From NCBI GenBank assembly GCA_017450185.1, contig JAFSWN010000071.1, positions 715 to 64,714 on the forward strand: a DNA stretch of 64,000 nucleotides. The letters run 5' to 3'. Under the pieces are notes generated by a model. It ran no database searches. It saw only the letters and a list, made by a program, of their open reading frames with translations, and was not told the origin of the DNA. Source of the DNA: Clostridia bacterium (GTDB lineage Bacteria; Bacillota; Clostridia; Oscillospirales; Acutalibacteraceae). The position numbers were made by a program, and so were the translations under genes. Positions 55,178 to 64,000 of this stretch are shown in pieces; within the stretch, counting starts at the first letter, position 1; each line of letters starts with the position of its first letter.

Positions 55178-56455
55178 TTAATCTCTGAATGCCTGCTCAA
55201 GGTCGGCGATGAGGTCGGCTTTATCCTCAAGGCCGCAGGAAATGCGGATAAGTCCGGCGGGGATGCCGGCTTCTTTCAGCTGTTCGTCGGTCATCTGACG
55301 GTGTGTTGAGGTGGCGGGATTGAGGCAGCAGCTTCTCGCGTCGGCCACATGGGTCTCTATGGCGCAGAGCTTCAGGTTCTTCATGAACCTCTCCGCGGCG
55401 GCCCTGCCGCCCCTGAGCTCGAACGAGACGACTCCGCAGCCGCCGTTCGGCATATATTTTTTTGCGAGCTCATGGTATTTGTCGCCGGAAAGGCCGGGAT
55501 AGCTCACGAACTCCACCTCGCTCCTTCCCTGAAGGAACTCGGCGACCGCCTGTCCGTTTTCAACGTGCTTCGGCATGCGCACGTGCATGGATTCAAGCCC
55601 GAGATTGAGAAGGAAGGCGTTTTGCGGGGACTGGATGGAGCCGAAGTCGCGCATGAGCTGCGCCGTGCATTTTGTGATGAAAGCGCCGCCCATGCCGAAC
55701 TTTTCGGCGTAGGTGATACCGTGGTAGGATTCGTCCGGAGTGCAAAGGCCGCGGAATTTGTCGGCGTGGGCCAACCAGTCGAATTTACCGGAATCAACTA
55801 TGGCTCCGCCCACGGCGGCGCCGTGTCCGTCCATGTATTTGGTTGTGGAATGGGTGACGATATCGGCTCCCCATTCGATGGGCCGGCAGTTAACGGGGGT
55901 GGGGAAAGTGTTGTCAACTATGAGCGGGACTCCGTGCGAATGAGCGGCTTTTGCGAATTTTTCGATGTCGAGCACGGTGAGCGCGGGGTTGGCTATGGTT
56001 TCGCCGAAAACAGCCTTTGTGTTTTCTCTGAAGGCAGCATTGAGCTCCTCTTCGGTGCAGTCGGGCGAAACGAAGGTGGTCTCAATGCCCATTTTCGCCA
56101 TCGTTACGGAAATAAGGTTGAAGGTCCCGCCGTATATCGAAGATGACGACACGATGTGGTCGCCGCAGGAGCAGATATTGAAAAGCGAGAAAAAATTGGC
56201 TGCCTGCCCCGAGGAAGTGAGCATTCCCGCGGTTCCGCCCTCAAGAGCGGCTATTTTTGCGGCCACGAAATCGTTTGTGGGATTCTGGAGACGGGTATAA
56301 AAATATCCCGAAGCCTCAAGGTCAAACAGCTTTCCCATGTCCTCGCTCGTGTCGTACTTGAAGGTGGTGGACTGGATTATCGGTATCTGACGGGGCTCTC
56401 CGTTTCCGGGCGTGTAACCCGCCTGAACGCATTTTGTCCCTGTTTTATATTCCAT
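55178..56455 (-). CDS. metY: O-acetylhomoserine aminocarboxypropyltransferase/sulfhydrylase (PLP, Cys/Met metabolism family)
   Basis: STTKYMDGHG PLP-lysine context. N-terminus TKCVQAGYTPGNGEPRQIPIIQSTTFKY is typical of MetY/CysD. Confidence 0.85.
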   Translation of the reverse strand: MEYKTGTKCVQAGYTPGNGEPRQIPIIQSTTFKYDTSEDMGKLFDLEASGYFYTRLQNPTNDFVAAKIAALEGGTAGMLTSSGQAANFFSLFNICSCGDHIVSSSSIYGGTFNLISVTMAKMGIETTFVSPDCTEEELNAAFRENTKAVFGETIANPALTVLDIEKFAKAAHSHGVPLIVDNTFPTPVNCRPIEWGADIVTHSTTKYMDGHGAAVGGAIVDSGKFDWLAHADKFRGLCTPDESYHGITYAEKFGMGGAFITKCTAQLMRDFGSIQSPQNAFLLNLGLESMHVRMPKHVENGQAVAEFLQGRSEVEFVSYPGLSGDKYHELAKKYMPNGGCGVVSFELRGGRAAAERFMKNLKLCAIETHVADARSCCLNPATSTHRQMTDEQLKEAGIPAGLIRISCGLEDKADLIADLEQAFRD

Positions 56456-56561
56456 TATATTACGCCTCCGTTTTTAGTCTATAAGATATATAATAACCCA
56501 ACAGTAAAAAAAAGTAAAGATAAATTTTATGCAAAATTATCAGAATATAAAATAATCTGAT

Positions 56562-56590
56562 TTGACAACGGCAAAGGTTTTTTATATAAT
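56562..56590 (+). promoter_or_regulatory. Consensus sigma-A promoter
   Basis: TTGACA, exactly 17 nt, TATAAT. It drives the 56647-59662 plus-strand genes. Confidence 0.6.
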
Positions 56591-56646
56591 ATGTGAGAAA
56601 AAAGCGGTTCGCGGGACGGGCCGAAGCAGGAAAGGAGCTGAAACTG

Positions 56647-57249
56647 TTGAGATCCGATACCATCCACATTTCCAGCACGGGCGAAGGGATATCCGAAGCC
56701 CTGACTCAAGCCGAAAAAGTTTCGGCATATATCTCACTCGACAAAAAGGACGCTATTCACCTGCGTCTTTTCACAGAGGAGATGATGGGGCTCATGCGCG
56801 CGCTGACCGGCGAGAACGAGGCGGACTTCTGGATAGAAGCCCATAACGGCAGGTGCGAGCTGCACCTGAAGGTGTTGACCCTGATGGACGCAGAAAAGCG
56901 TAAAGGGCTGATAAGCGTTTCTTCAAGCGGCAAGAACTCCGCCGCCAAAGGATTCATGGGAAAAATAAAAGACGTTTTTGAAAAAGCTTTCGAGCATATG
57001 GACGCTCAGTATTCGGGAGCAGCAGGACTCGGAGTCATACACCCCGCCGCCGCTCCCGGGGAGCCGATGGGCGGAGTTCCCGCCGTATGGTCGCTGAGCT
57101 CCTACAGAGACTTTGTTAAACGGGACGACGACTGTGAAAAATGGGACGAGCTCGAAAAATCAGTTGTGGCCAAGCTCGCCGACGAAGTTAAGGTATTTAT
57201 CAACGGCTCCAACGTTGAAATGGTGATAGAAAAAACTTTTGAGAGGTAA
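56647..57249 (+). CDS. Soluble protein of unknown function (STAS-adjacent)
   Basis: Long ORF with coding-like composition. Start placed at TTG 56647, 9 nt after AGGAAAGGAG, because track start 56593 lies inside the promoter. No family recognised. Confidence 0.55.
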   Translation: MRSDTIHISSTGEGISEALTQAEKVSAYISLDKKDAIHLRLFTEEMMGLMRALTGENEADFWIEAHNGRCELHLKVLTLMDAEKRKGLISVSSSGKNSAAKGFMGKIKDVFEKAFEHMDAQYSGAAGLGVIHPAAAPGEPMGGVPAVWSLSSYRDFVKRDDDCEKWDELEKSVVAKLADEVKVFINGSNVEMVIEKTFER

Positions 57250-57253
57250 AGAA

Positions 57254-57553
57254 ATGGACATCACTTCGAAAAAAAACAACAATTCTCTGCGCGTTTCTCT
57301 TTCGGGACGTCTTGACACGATCACCGCGCCTACGCTTGACGAATATCTCAAGAATAATCTCGACGGCGAGACGCAGCTTACTTTTGACCTTAAGGACCTT
57401 GATTACGTCTCTTCCGCGGGACTCAGGGTATTTTTGAGCTATCACAAAAAAATGGCTGAACGCGGCTCAATGGAAATTGAGAATGTAAATGAGATAATCA
57501 TGGAGATATTCGATATCACGGGATTTACCGAGATCCTTGACATCAGAGCGTAA
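57254..57553 (+). CDS. STAS-domain protein (anti-sigma-factor-antagonist/SpoIIAA-like)
   Basis: LRVSLSGRLDTITAPTLDEYL...LTFDLKDLDYVSSAGLRVFL...EIFDITGFTEILDI is the classic STAS pattern with the conserved Ser. AGAGG RBS. Confidence 0.8.
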   Translation: MDITSKKNNNSLRVSLSGRLDTITAPTLDEYLKNNLDGETQLTFDLKDLDYVSSAGLRVFLSYHKKMAERGSMEIENVNEIIMEIFDITGFTEILDIRA

Positions 57554-57571
57554 AAGCCAAAGGATACCGTT

Positions 57572-59662
57572 ATGAAAACAAAAAGGATCGTTTCTGTTCT
57601 GCTCGCTGTGCTGCTGATTTTTTTTGAAGCGGTCACGGCGGGCGCCGCTCTTGATAAAAAGGGCGATATAAACGGCGACGGCGCCGTTTCGGCCGAAGAC
57701 GCGCGCCTTGCGCTCAGATACGCCGTTAAGCTTGAAAACCTATCCGGACGTCAGATATACGCGGCGAAGGTGACCGGAGGGAACAAGGTCACGGCCGCCG
57801 ACGCGAGGGCCATTCTTCGCCGCGCCGTGGGGCTGACGGTTTTTGAAGACGACGAGACGACAGAGGTTTCAAAAATGCTCTCAGCCATGACGCTTGAAGA
57901 GAAAATAGCGCAGATGATAATGCCCGCAGTGAGATACTGGGGCGGCGAAGGCGTTACCGAACTGAACTCAACGCTTTCGTCCCTAATAAAAGAGTATCCG
58001 TTCGCGGGTGTCATACTCTTTGCTCAAAATACTCAAACATCCGAGCAGACGCTCAGGCTCACCGACAGTCTCCAGAAGGCGAACAGCACAGAGGGAAGGC
58101 CGCAGCTTTTCATTGCCGCCGACCAGGAGGGCGGAAAAATAACACGCCTGCAGACCGGGACACAGACTCCCGGAAACATGGCTCTCGGCGCGACCGGAGA
58201 TGAAGAATGCGCCAGAACCGCAGCCGGAATAATCGGCGAGGAGCTGTCGGCGGTGGGCATAAACGTGGATTTCGCGCCGGTGCTCGACATCAACAGCGAA
58301 CCGTCGAACCCTGTCATAGGCGTACGCTCGTTTTCGGACAACGCGGCTCTGACGGCAAAGCTCGGACGAGGTTATATAAAGGGGCTGCAGGACTATTCCG
58401 TGATCCCTTCACTCAAGCATTTCCCGGGGCACGGCGACACCGCCACAGACAGCCACACGGGGCTTCCCTCGATAAACAAGACCTACGCCCAAATAAAAAA
58501 TCAGGAGCTCGTACCGTTTGTCGAGGGCATAGCGGAGGGCGCGCAGATGATCATGACGGCGCACATCCAATTCCCGAAGATAGAAACCTCAACCTACGTT
58601 TCAAAGAGCACGGGGAAACCGGTGTATCTCCCGGCGACGCTCTCGAAAAAAATAATAACCGACATTCTTCGGGGGGATATGGGCTTTGACGGAGTCGTTG
58701 TGACGGACGCTATGAACATGGACGCCGTGGCGAAGCATTTTTCGGCTTCGGACGCCGCCCGTCTTGCCATAAACGCCGGAGTGGACATACTGCTCACCCC
58801 CGTGGATATTTCATCTTCCTCTGGGATTGCGAACATGAAGCGGTATATCAAAAACCTCGTATCGCTCGTGAATAACGGCTCCATTTCGATCAAAAACGTA
58901 AACGCGTCGGTTGAAAGGATATTGAGGCTCAAATACAGGCAGGGGCTCTTTACAGTTTATAACGGCTCCGGTCTTGATCAGGACATAAAGACAGCTAAGG
59001 CGACCGTGGGAAGCGAAAAGCACCACGAAACAGAATTCGAGCTTGCGAAAAGGGCCGTTACGATGGTGAAGAACAGCGCCTCTACCCTACCGATCCAAAC
59101 AAAAAACAAAAGGATCCTGATCCTTACGGAGTATTCGAATGAACTGCTATCGGTAGAATACGCCGTTGACAAGCTCAAAAGCGACGGCGTCATTCCGAAT
59201 TCGGCGGATATTGTAAGATACTGCTATACGACGACGTCTCAGGACACGCTGAACGCGCAGATCAAAAAGGCGGATTACGTTATCGCCATATCGGAGCTCT
59301 ACAGCGAGAGCGCACTGTCCGGAAGCACATGCGCTTTCCTTGATACCGCTATTTCAACGGCGCACAAAAACGGCGCGAAATTCATTTTGCTCAGCGCACA
59401 GCTCCCCTATGACGCCGCGAGGTTCCAGAGCGCGGACGCGATACTTTTGTGCTGGTCCGACAAGGGCATGAGCGAGGACCCGCGCGTTGCGGGAGGCGAC
59501 GTGACAGGCTACGGCCCGAATATCCCCGCCGCCGTATACGCCGCTTTCGACTCAAAAGGAGGGCCGAAGGGCAAGCTCCCGGTAAACATACCGAAGCTAA
59601 CCTCGGGCTATAAATATTCTTCGACGGTGCTGTATCCCTTCGGATACGGTCTGACATATTGA
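57572..59662 (+). CDS. Glycoside hydrolase family 3 (NagZ/beta-glucosidase-like) with N-terminal dockerin-like module
   Basis: Signal peptide, then DINGDGAVSAEDARLALR plus a degenerate second loop. GH3 motifs KHFPGHGDT and GFDGVVVTDAMNMDA. C-terminal alpha/beta sandwich domain. Confidence 0.85.
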   Translation: MKTKRIVSVLLAVLLIFFEAVTAGAALDKKGDINGDGAVSAEDARLALRYAVKLENLSGRQIYAAKVTGGNKVTAADARAILRRAVGLTVFEDDETTEVSKMLSAMTLEEKIAQMIMPAVRYWGGEGVTELNSTLSSLIKEYPFAGVILFAQNTQTSEQTLRLTDSLQKANSTEGRPQLFIAADQEGGKITRLQTGTQTPGNMALGATGDEECARTAAGIIGEELSAVGINVDFAPVLDINSEPSNPVIGVRSFSDNAALTAKLGRGYIKGLQDYSVIPSLKHFPGHGDTATDSHTGLPSINKTYAQIKNQELVPFVEGIAEGAQMIMTAHIQFPKIETSTYVSKSTGKPVYLPATLSKKIITDILRGDMGFDGVVVTDAMNMDAVAKHFSASDAARLAINAGVDILLTPVDISSSSGIANMKRYIKNLVSLVNNGSISIKNVNASVERILRLKYRQGLFTVYNGSGLDQDIKTAKATVGSEKHHETEFELAKRAVTMVKNSASTLPIQTKNKRILILTEYSNELLSVEYAVDKLKSDGVIPNSADIVRYCYTTTSQDTLNAQIKKADYVIAISELYSESALSGSTCAFLDTAISTAHKNGAKFILLSAQLPYDAARFQSADAILLCWSDKGMSEDPRVAGGDVTGYGPNIPAAVYAAFDSKGGPKGKLPVNIPKLTSGYKYSSTVLYPFGYGLTY

Positions 59663-59679
59663 AAAAACAGAAAAAAATA

Positions 59680-59722
59680 ACGGGCGTTTGCAGGGAAAAA
59701 CCGGCAAACGTCCGTTTTATTA
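59680..59722. terminator. Bidirectional terminator between the GH3 and MFS genes
   Basis: ACGGGCGTTTGC, 12-nt loop, GCAAACGTCCGT (12-bp stem with one G-U pair). A-run upstream and TTTTATTAT downstream. Confidence 0.7.
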
Positions 59723-59742
59723 TATTGGGCGATCGTTTATGG

Positions 59743-61293
59743 TTATTCGCTTATCGCTTCGTTCTCGTTGTGGCGCTCTTTGCGGATCACTTCGAGCTCT
59801 TCATACATCTTTGCTTTGTTTTCACCCTCAACGTTATACAGTGTTTTGAGGATGATGGCCTTGAGGAGGTTTGCGGTGGCGTAGCCGAACACAAGGAACG
59901 CAAGGAGCCACAGGCAGGTCCTTAGATAGGACTCGTTCGTCAGCTCGCCGGAGGCGATGCGGTTTTTAATGACGTCAACAAGGTCGAGGTTGCGGTCGTC
60001 GGAAGTGGGATAGGCGACCCAGACGAGCATGTAGGGGATCAGGAGGTCTTTTGCAAAGGTGAGGCCCGAGTTGATCCAGCCGGGTATGATGCCCTGCACC
60101 GATTCGAGGCGCTGGCCCGTCTGCCATTCGAGGTAGTCGAAGTATTCCACCGTGAAGTGGGTGTTTGAAAGCTCCTGGAAGCCCACGCCCACGCCGAACA
60201 GGAAATAGAAAATATAGAAGAATATGGCGGTGCCGCCTTCCCAGAAGTTTATTCCCGCGACCTTTTCTCCGTAGCACAGGCCGAACAGCACGCACGCGGC
60301 GACCATGGAATAAACGCCGCAGGCTTTCAGGATTTTTGTGGGCTCGTGCTTCCGGGCGATTATACCGCACAGGACGTTGCCCACAACGGTTCCCGCGGCT
60401 GTCGGGACCGTTAAAAGGATAACGTTTGAGGAGCCGACCGTGATACCCGCGAGAAGAGTGGACCATTTACCGAGAGCGGCGAGCACGTTGACCCACGTGT
60501 AATACTGATATGCGCGATAGTTGCGGTATTTAAAGAGCTGTAAAAGGGATTTTGACAGCTTTGCTTTTTCTTTTTTTGGCAGCTCTATGCGCTCTCTGCA
60601 GAACAGTCCGCACATAAGGTTGCCTATCAGAGTGATGGAGGCGGCGAACAGGGTAAGGACCACGTAGCGCTCGGAATAACGGGGATCGGATTTGGGAATA
60701 AAGAGCTTGAATATCTCGGGGCTGAGGTAGGCGAGGCCGTAACCGAGATAGTAGGATATCTGCCACAGAGTCGCCACGGTTTTCTTCTCTTTGCTGTTTG
60801 GCGTGATGACCTGAATGAGGTTCTGACTAAGAGTATTGAAGGCGTTGAGGACCGTCTGCGTGGCGGCGATGCCGTAGCGCAGCCACGTCATCTGCTCCAC
60901 AGTCCATCCCTTTGGCACCCAGTAAAACGATATTGTGAGAAGAAAATACGGTATCATTATAATGAGATGCCAGTGGCGGTAGCGGCCCCACGCGGTCTTC
61001 CACTTCTGGATTATGATTCCGGCAATAAGCGGCATAATAATACCGAGGATCGTGGTAATTGTGGTCTGCTTCGCGGATATAGCCGCTATCTGTTCTGTGC
61101 CAACCTGCGGAAAATCGGCAAAGAAGAGCTCATACAGGAAGGTGGCGGCAAGCGTGCCGGTAAGCGTGGTGCCGAACATACCGCCCACCCGCGCGATAAT
61201 GAGAGAGATATATTCGATCTTAGTTATGTTTTTTCTTTCCTCCGGCGCAAGAAGAGGACTGTCGGGGACGGCGTTCGGTTTTGTTTTTGCCAT
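59743..61293 (-). CDS. MFS transporter, glycoside-pentoside-hexuronide (GPH/MelB-like) type
   Basis: 516 aa with about 12 hydrophobic segments. The N-terminal cytoplasmic tail and loop pattern are typical of GPH symporters. Family call is by eye. Confidence 0.7.
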   Translation of the reverse strand: MAKTKPNAVPDSPLLAPEERKNITKIEYISLIIARVGGMFGTTLTGTLAATFLYELFFADFPQVGTEQIAAISAKQTTITTILGIIMPLIAGIIIQKWKTAWGRYRHWHLIIMIPYFLLTISFYWVPKGWTVEQMTWLRYGIAATQTVLNAFNTLSQNLIQVITPNSKEKKTVATLWQISYYLGYGLAYLSPEIFKLFIPKSDPRYSERYVVLTLFAASITLIGNLMCGLFCRERIELPKKEKAKLSKSLLQLFKYRNYRAYQYYTWVNVLAALGKWSTLLAGITVGSSNVILLTVPTAAGTVVGNVLCGIIARKHEPTKILKACGVYSMVAACVLFGLCYGEKVAGINFWEGGTAIFFYIFYFLFGVGVGFQELSNTHFTVEYFDYLEWQTGQRLESVQGIIPGWINSGLTFAKDLLIPYMLVWVAYPTSDDRNLDLVDVIKNRIASGELTNESYLRTCLWLLAFLVFGYATANLLKAIILKTLYNVEGENKAKMYEELEVIRKERHNENEAISE

Positions 61294-61378
61294 GGCAACT
61301 CATTCCCTTTCATTAATGATAAATATAAGTTAAGTATAACATAAAAAAATAAAAATGCAAATAAATTATTTTTTTCTA

Positions 61379-61407
61379 TTTACAAAAAAAAGATTTTGAG
61401 ATATACT
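61379..61407 (+). promoter_or_regulatory. Candidate sigma-A promoter for the phosphoesterase genes
   Basis: TTTACA, 17 nt, TATACT, about 35 nt upstream of ATG 61441. Confidence 0.4.
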
Positions 61408-61440
61408 TTAAACAATCATTAGCAGAAAAGAGGTTTTCTT

Positions 61441-62412
61441 ATGAGTAACGTGGTATTGATCATCCAGCAGTTTTTTTCAGTCATCCTTTCGGCGATACTT
61501 GCGTTCATTCCCTTCTCGGGAAGCGCGTCGTTTGAGAAAGAAGACGAAAACACGCGCCTTACGGTCGCTATAGTTTCCGACGTTCACATCGACGACCGTC
61601 TTCCTATAGGTAAGCTTGCTCTCAAGAGCATCTATAGGGATATGAACAAATTCGATCCCGACGCAGTTGCGGTCCTCGGAGACCTTACAAATTACGGCGA
61701 CTACAAAACAACCGAAAAATTCTTTAAGATAACCGTCGATACCCTTGACGAAGGCATACAGCCTGTTATTATTTCGGGCAACCACGATATCGGCCACGCG
61801 AAGGAGGCCGACGGCGAGCGCATGAATCAGGAGGCTCTTGCAGACTTCATCGACCTTTGCAACAAATATCTCGACTACGGCATCGACAAGCCCGCCTACA
61901 CTATAGAAGTAAACGGATATCACTTCATCTGCATTAACGATGAAAGCGTCGACAACTGGGATCATCCCGAATACAGCGACGAAACTCTTTCTTTCATTGA
62001 CAGCGAGCTTGCGAAATACGCAGTAAACGGAATGCCGGTGTTCGTTTGCATGCACGTTCCGGTATCCGACGTCCACGGCGAAGAGAATTTCTATGAGGGC
62101 GGCGGCCTTGAGGAGCCCTGGGACACCCAGATCAAGACCATCATGGAGAAATACGACAACGTGTTCTGCCTTTCGGGACACTTCCACAAGGGACTTTCAA
62201 ACGATATCTCCAACCCAACCTACGTTACGGTGAACGGCGTGCACTACCTCAATCTTCCATCGTCGCTTATGCCCAACTGGCCCAAGGATATCGCAATAAA
62301 CGGACTGGGCTTTATTATGACGGTGACAGATACCGCCGTCACATTCAGATGCAGGAACTACTACATGCACAACTGGTATTCGGTGTTTGATTACACCACT
62401 CCCCTTGTGTAA
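61441..62412 (+). CDS. Calcineurin-like metallophosphoesterase with N-terminal membrane anchor/signal
   Basis: Motifs VSDVHIDD, GDLTNYGD, GNHD and GHFH. Hydrophobic N-terminus. Confidence 0.8.
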   Translation: MSNVVLIIQQFFSVILSAILAFIPFSGSASFEKEDENTRLTVAIVSDVHIDDRLPIGKLALKSIYRDMNKFDPDAVAVLGDLTNYGDYKTTEKFFKITVDTLDEGIQPVIISGNHDIGHAKEADGERMNQEALADFIDLCNKYLDYGIDKPAYTIEVNGYHFICINDESVDNWDHPEYSDETLSFIDSELAKYAVNGMPVFVCMHVPVSDVHGEENFYEGGGLEEPWDTQIKTIMEKYDNVFCLSGHFHKGLSNDISNPTYVTVNGVHYLNLPSSLMPNWPKDIAINGLGFIMTVTDTAVTFRCRNYYMHNWYSVFDYTTPLV

Positions 62413-62439
62413 TAACAAGAGGCTGACGGAGACACAGTG

Positions 62440-63642
62440 ATGAAAAAGCTTATTTCCGCGGCGCTTGCCGCGATAATGGTGTTGACCTGTCTCCCCTTCG
62501 CGCTCGCCGAAGAAAACGGGCTGCGCTTTGGCGCCGACGGGACCTTCACGATACTTCAGCTCAGCGATACTCAGGACGACGCTTATCCCGCATGGGATAT
62601 GCTTAATCTCGTTAAGACCTCCATTGAATTCTCCTCTCCTGATCTCATAGTTCTCACAGGCGACCTTGTTGAAGACCACAGGGTCGGGGATTTCGGGGTA
62701 GACAGCGTCCCGTTCATTGAGGGCGTGAACGTAAACGATATCGACGGCGGCCTGAATTACGAAAAAACGAAGGCGAACGTTGAAAAAGCCGTTGACGCGG
62801 TTCTTTCGGAGATCGAAAAATACGACGTTCCCTACGTTATCGCGCTCGGCAACAACGACCGCAAGGTGGGGCTTTCAAGCGAGGACTGGACCCGGATCCT
62901 AACAGCCTATCCGCACTGCGTGTTCTTTGACGAGAGCGAAGACGAACAGGGCGGCGTAGATTACCATGTGACCGTAAAGGGAAACGACGGCACCGACAAA
63001 TTCAACGTCTGGCTCATGGACACCTGCCTGCACGGGATATCCGACGAGCAGGTGGACTGGTACAGGGCGGAATCAAAGAAAATCACATCCGAAAACGGCG
63101 GCGTTCCCCTGCCCGCCCTCGCGTTCCAGCACATTCAGGCAAGCGATATCGGCAATCTTTTTGAGGAATGCTCGATATGGGACGAGGGCGCGAAAAAGCT
63201 GAACGGCAGATACGTACGCCTCAACAGGGAAATCGCCTCCGGATATAACTTTTTCGGATTTGAGCCCGGACAGACGAGCTATGAATTTTCGGCTTGGAAG
63301 GAATGCGGCGACGTTCTCGGCGCGTTCTTCGGTCATCAGCACGTTGAGGGCTTTCAGGGAATATGGGACGGCATAGAGCTCGGCTTTACTTACGGCTGCG
63401 AGATGGCAAAGACCGGGCCCTACGGGTTCAGGGTGTTCACCCTCCACGAAGACGATATAACAAATTACGAAAACGTCCTTTACCGCTACGAAGGGAGCGT
63501 AACGCTCGGAAACGTTTCGGTGCGCCGTGAGAAGAACGAACCCTATAAAACATATGACGATCCGTTTTTCGCGACACTTGCGAAAATAAAAAACCTTTTC
63601 ACAGCGATATTCTCAGCGCTTGTGGATCTCTTTTCCGACTGA
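62440..63642 (+). CDS. Secreted calcineurin-like metallophosphoesterase
   Basis: Signal peptide MKKLISAALAAIMVLTCLPFALA. Motifs QLSDTQDD, TGDLVEDH, GNND and GHQH. Confidence 0.8.
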   Translation: MKKLISAALAAIMVLTCLPFALAEENGLRFGADGTFTILQLSDTQDDAYPAWDMLNLVKTSIEFSSPDLIVLTGDLVEDHRVGDFGVDSVPFIEGVNVNDIDGGLNYEKTKANVEKAVDAVLSEIEKYDVPYVIALGNNDRKVGLSSEDWTRILTAYPHCVFFDESEDEQGGVDYHVTVKGNDGTDKFNVWLMDTCLHGISDEQVDWYRAESKKITSENGGVPLPALAFQHIQASDIGNLFEECSIWDEGAKKLNGRYVRLNREIASGYNFFGFEPGQTSYEFSAWKECGDVLGAFFGHQHVEGFQGIWDGIELGFTYGCEMAKTGPYGFRVFTLHEDDITNYENVLYRYEGSVTLGNVSVRREKNEPYKTYDDPFFATLAKIKNLFTAIFSALVDLFSD

Positions 63643-63698
63643 CAAAAGACATATCGCGTCTTTTTGAAAAAACATAACGCAAATAAAGGAGCAACAAA

Positions 63699-64000
63699 AT
63701 GAAGTATTCTATTCAGGGCGATTCCATGCCCGCAGTAATCTGCGAACTTGAACCCGGCGAAAAGATGATAACGGAAAGCGGCTCAATGGTCTGGATGAGC
63801 CCCGGATTCGGAATGGACACCACCTCCGGCGGCATAGGCAAGGCCTTTGGCAGGATATTCAGCGGAGAGAACATCTTCCAAAACATCTACACCGCTCCCT
63901 CAAACGGCGGCATGATAGCCTTCGGAGCGTCCTTCGTGGGCTCTATCCGGGCGATAGAGATCACTCCCGACAGACCCATTATCACACAGAAGCGCGCTTT
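63699..64000 (+). CDS. AIM24/TIGR00266-family protein (N-terminal part, runs off the right edge)
   Basis: My translation from ATG 63699 reads MKYSIQGDSMPAVICELEPGEKMITESGSMVWMSPGFGMDTTSGG..., the typical family start. AAAGGAG RBS. Confidence 0.65.
   Translation, partial: MKYSIQGDSMPAVICELEPGEKMITESGSMVWMSPGFGMDTTSGGIGKAFGRIFSGENIFQNIYTAPSNGGMIAFGASFVGSIRAIEITPDRPIITQKRA

Noticed and set aside
56456-56561. Possible SAM (S-box) riboswitch or T-box leader upstream of metY.
   Set aside because: The ~100-nt leader is AT-rich. I found no S-box conserved core, no T-box sequence, and no terminator/antiterminator pair. A covariance-model scan (Rfam) would be the decisive test.

Overview
This is a 64-kb, almost fully coding chromosomal window from a moderately GC-rich Gram-positive anaerobe. 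Dockerin modules, mcsB-clpC, a yabM/spoVB-like-mazG-hup block, recJ-relA-dtd synteny and a CIRCE operator suggest Clostridia, possibly Oscillospiraceae/Ruminococcaceae-like (inference only). Gene blocks: (i) 1-10.8 kb, minus-strand wall-glycopolymer (teichoic-acid-like) operon: GT2-TagF fusion, ATP-grasp-HAD fusion, TagGH-type ABC exporter, rfbA/rfbB, GT2, DegT aminotransferase, IspD/TarI-like cytidylyltransferase, SDR. (ii) 11.0-16.4 kb, secreted GH31(PA14) tightly coupled to a CrtI-like flavoenzyme and an FNR-like [2Fe-2S] reductase. (iii) 18.1-23.4 kb, three Gfo/Idh/MocA oxidoreductases (one GNAT-fused), a TIM-barrel sugar isomerase-like protein and a Cys-rich DUF1284-like protein. (iv) 23.4-30.0 kb, a sharply AT-richer accessory patch: S8 lipoprotein peptidase with a YD-like tail, BspA-type LRR-dockerin protein, lipoprotein, zinc-ribbon membrane protein, small HTH. 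(v) hsp20 with CIRCE, and divergent trmO/tcdA. (vi) an Opp-type ABC operon. (vii) housekeeping genes: mcsA-mcsB fusion, clpC, hup, mazG, flippase, hemZ-like, MBL hydrolase, dtd, pspC-like, relA, recJ, metY. (viii) an unknown protein plus STAS plus dockerin-GH3 operon, an MFS/GPH transporter, two metallophosphoesterases and a partial AIM24-like gene. I saw no rRNA, tRNA, CRISPR array, transposase, integrase or phage gene. No single obvious new system stands out. The strongest candidates are the ATP-grasp-HAD fusion, the GH31-redox operon, the GNAT-oxidoreductase cluster, the AT-rich patch and the orphan STAS module. All functional calls rest on motif recognition by eye, not on database searches.
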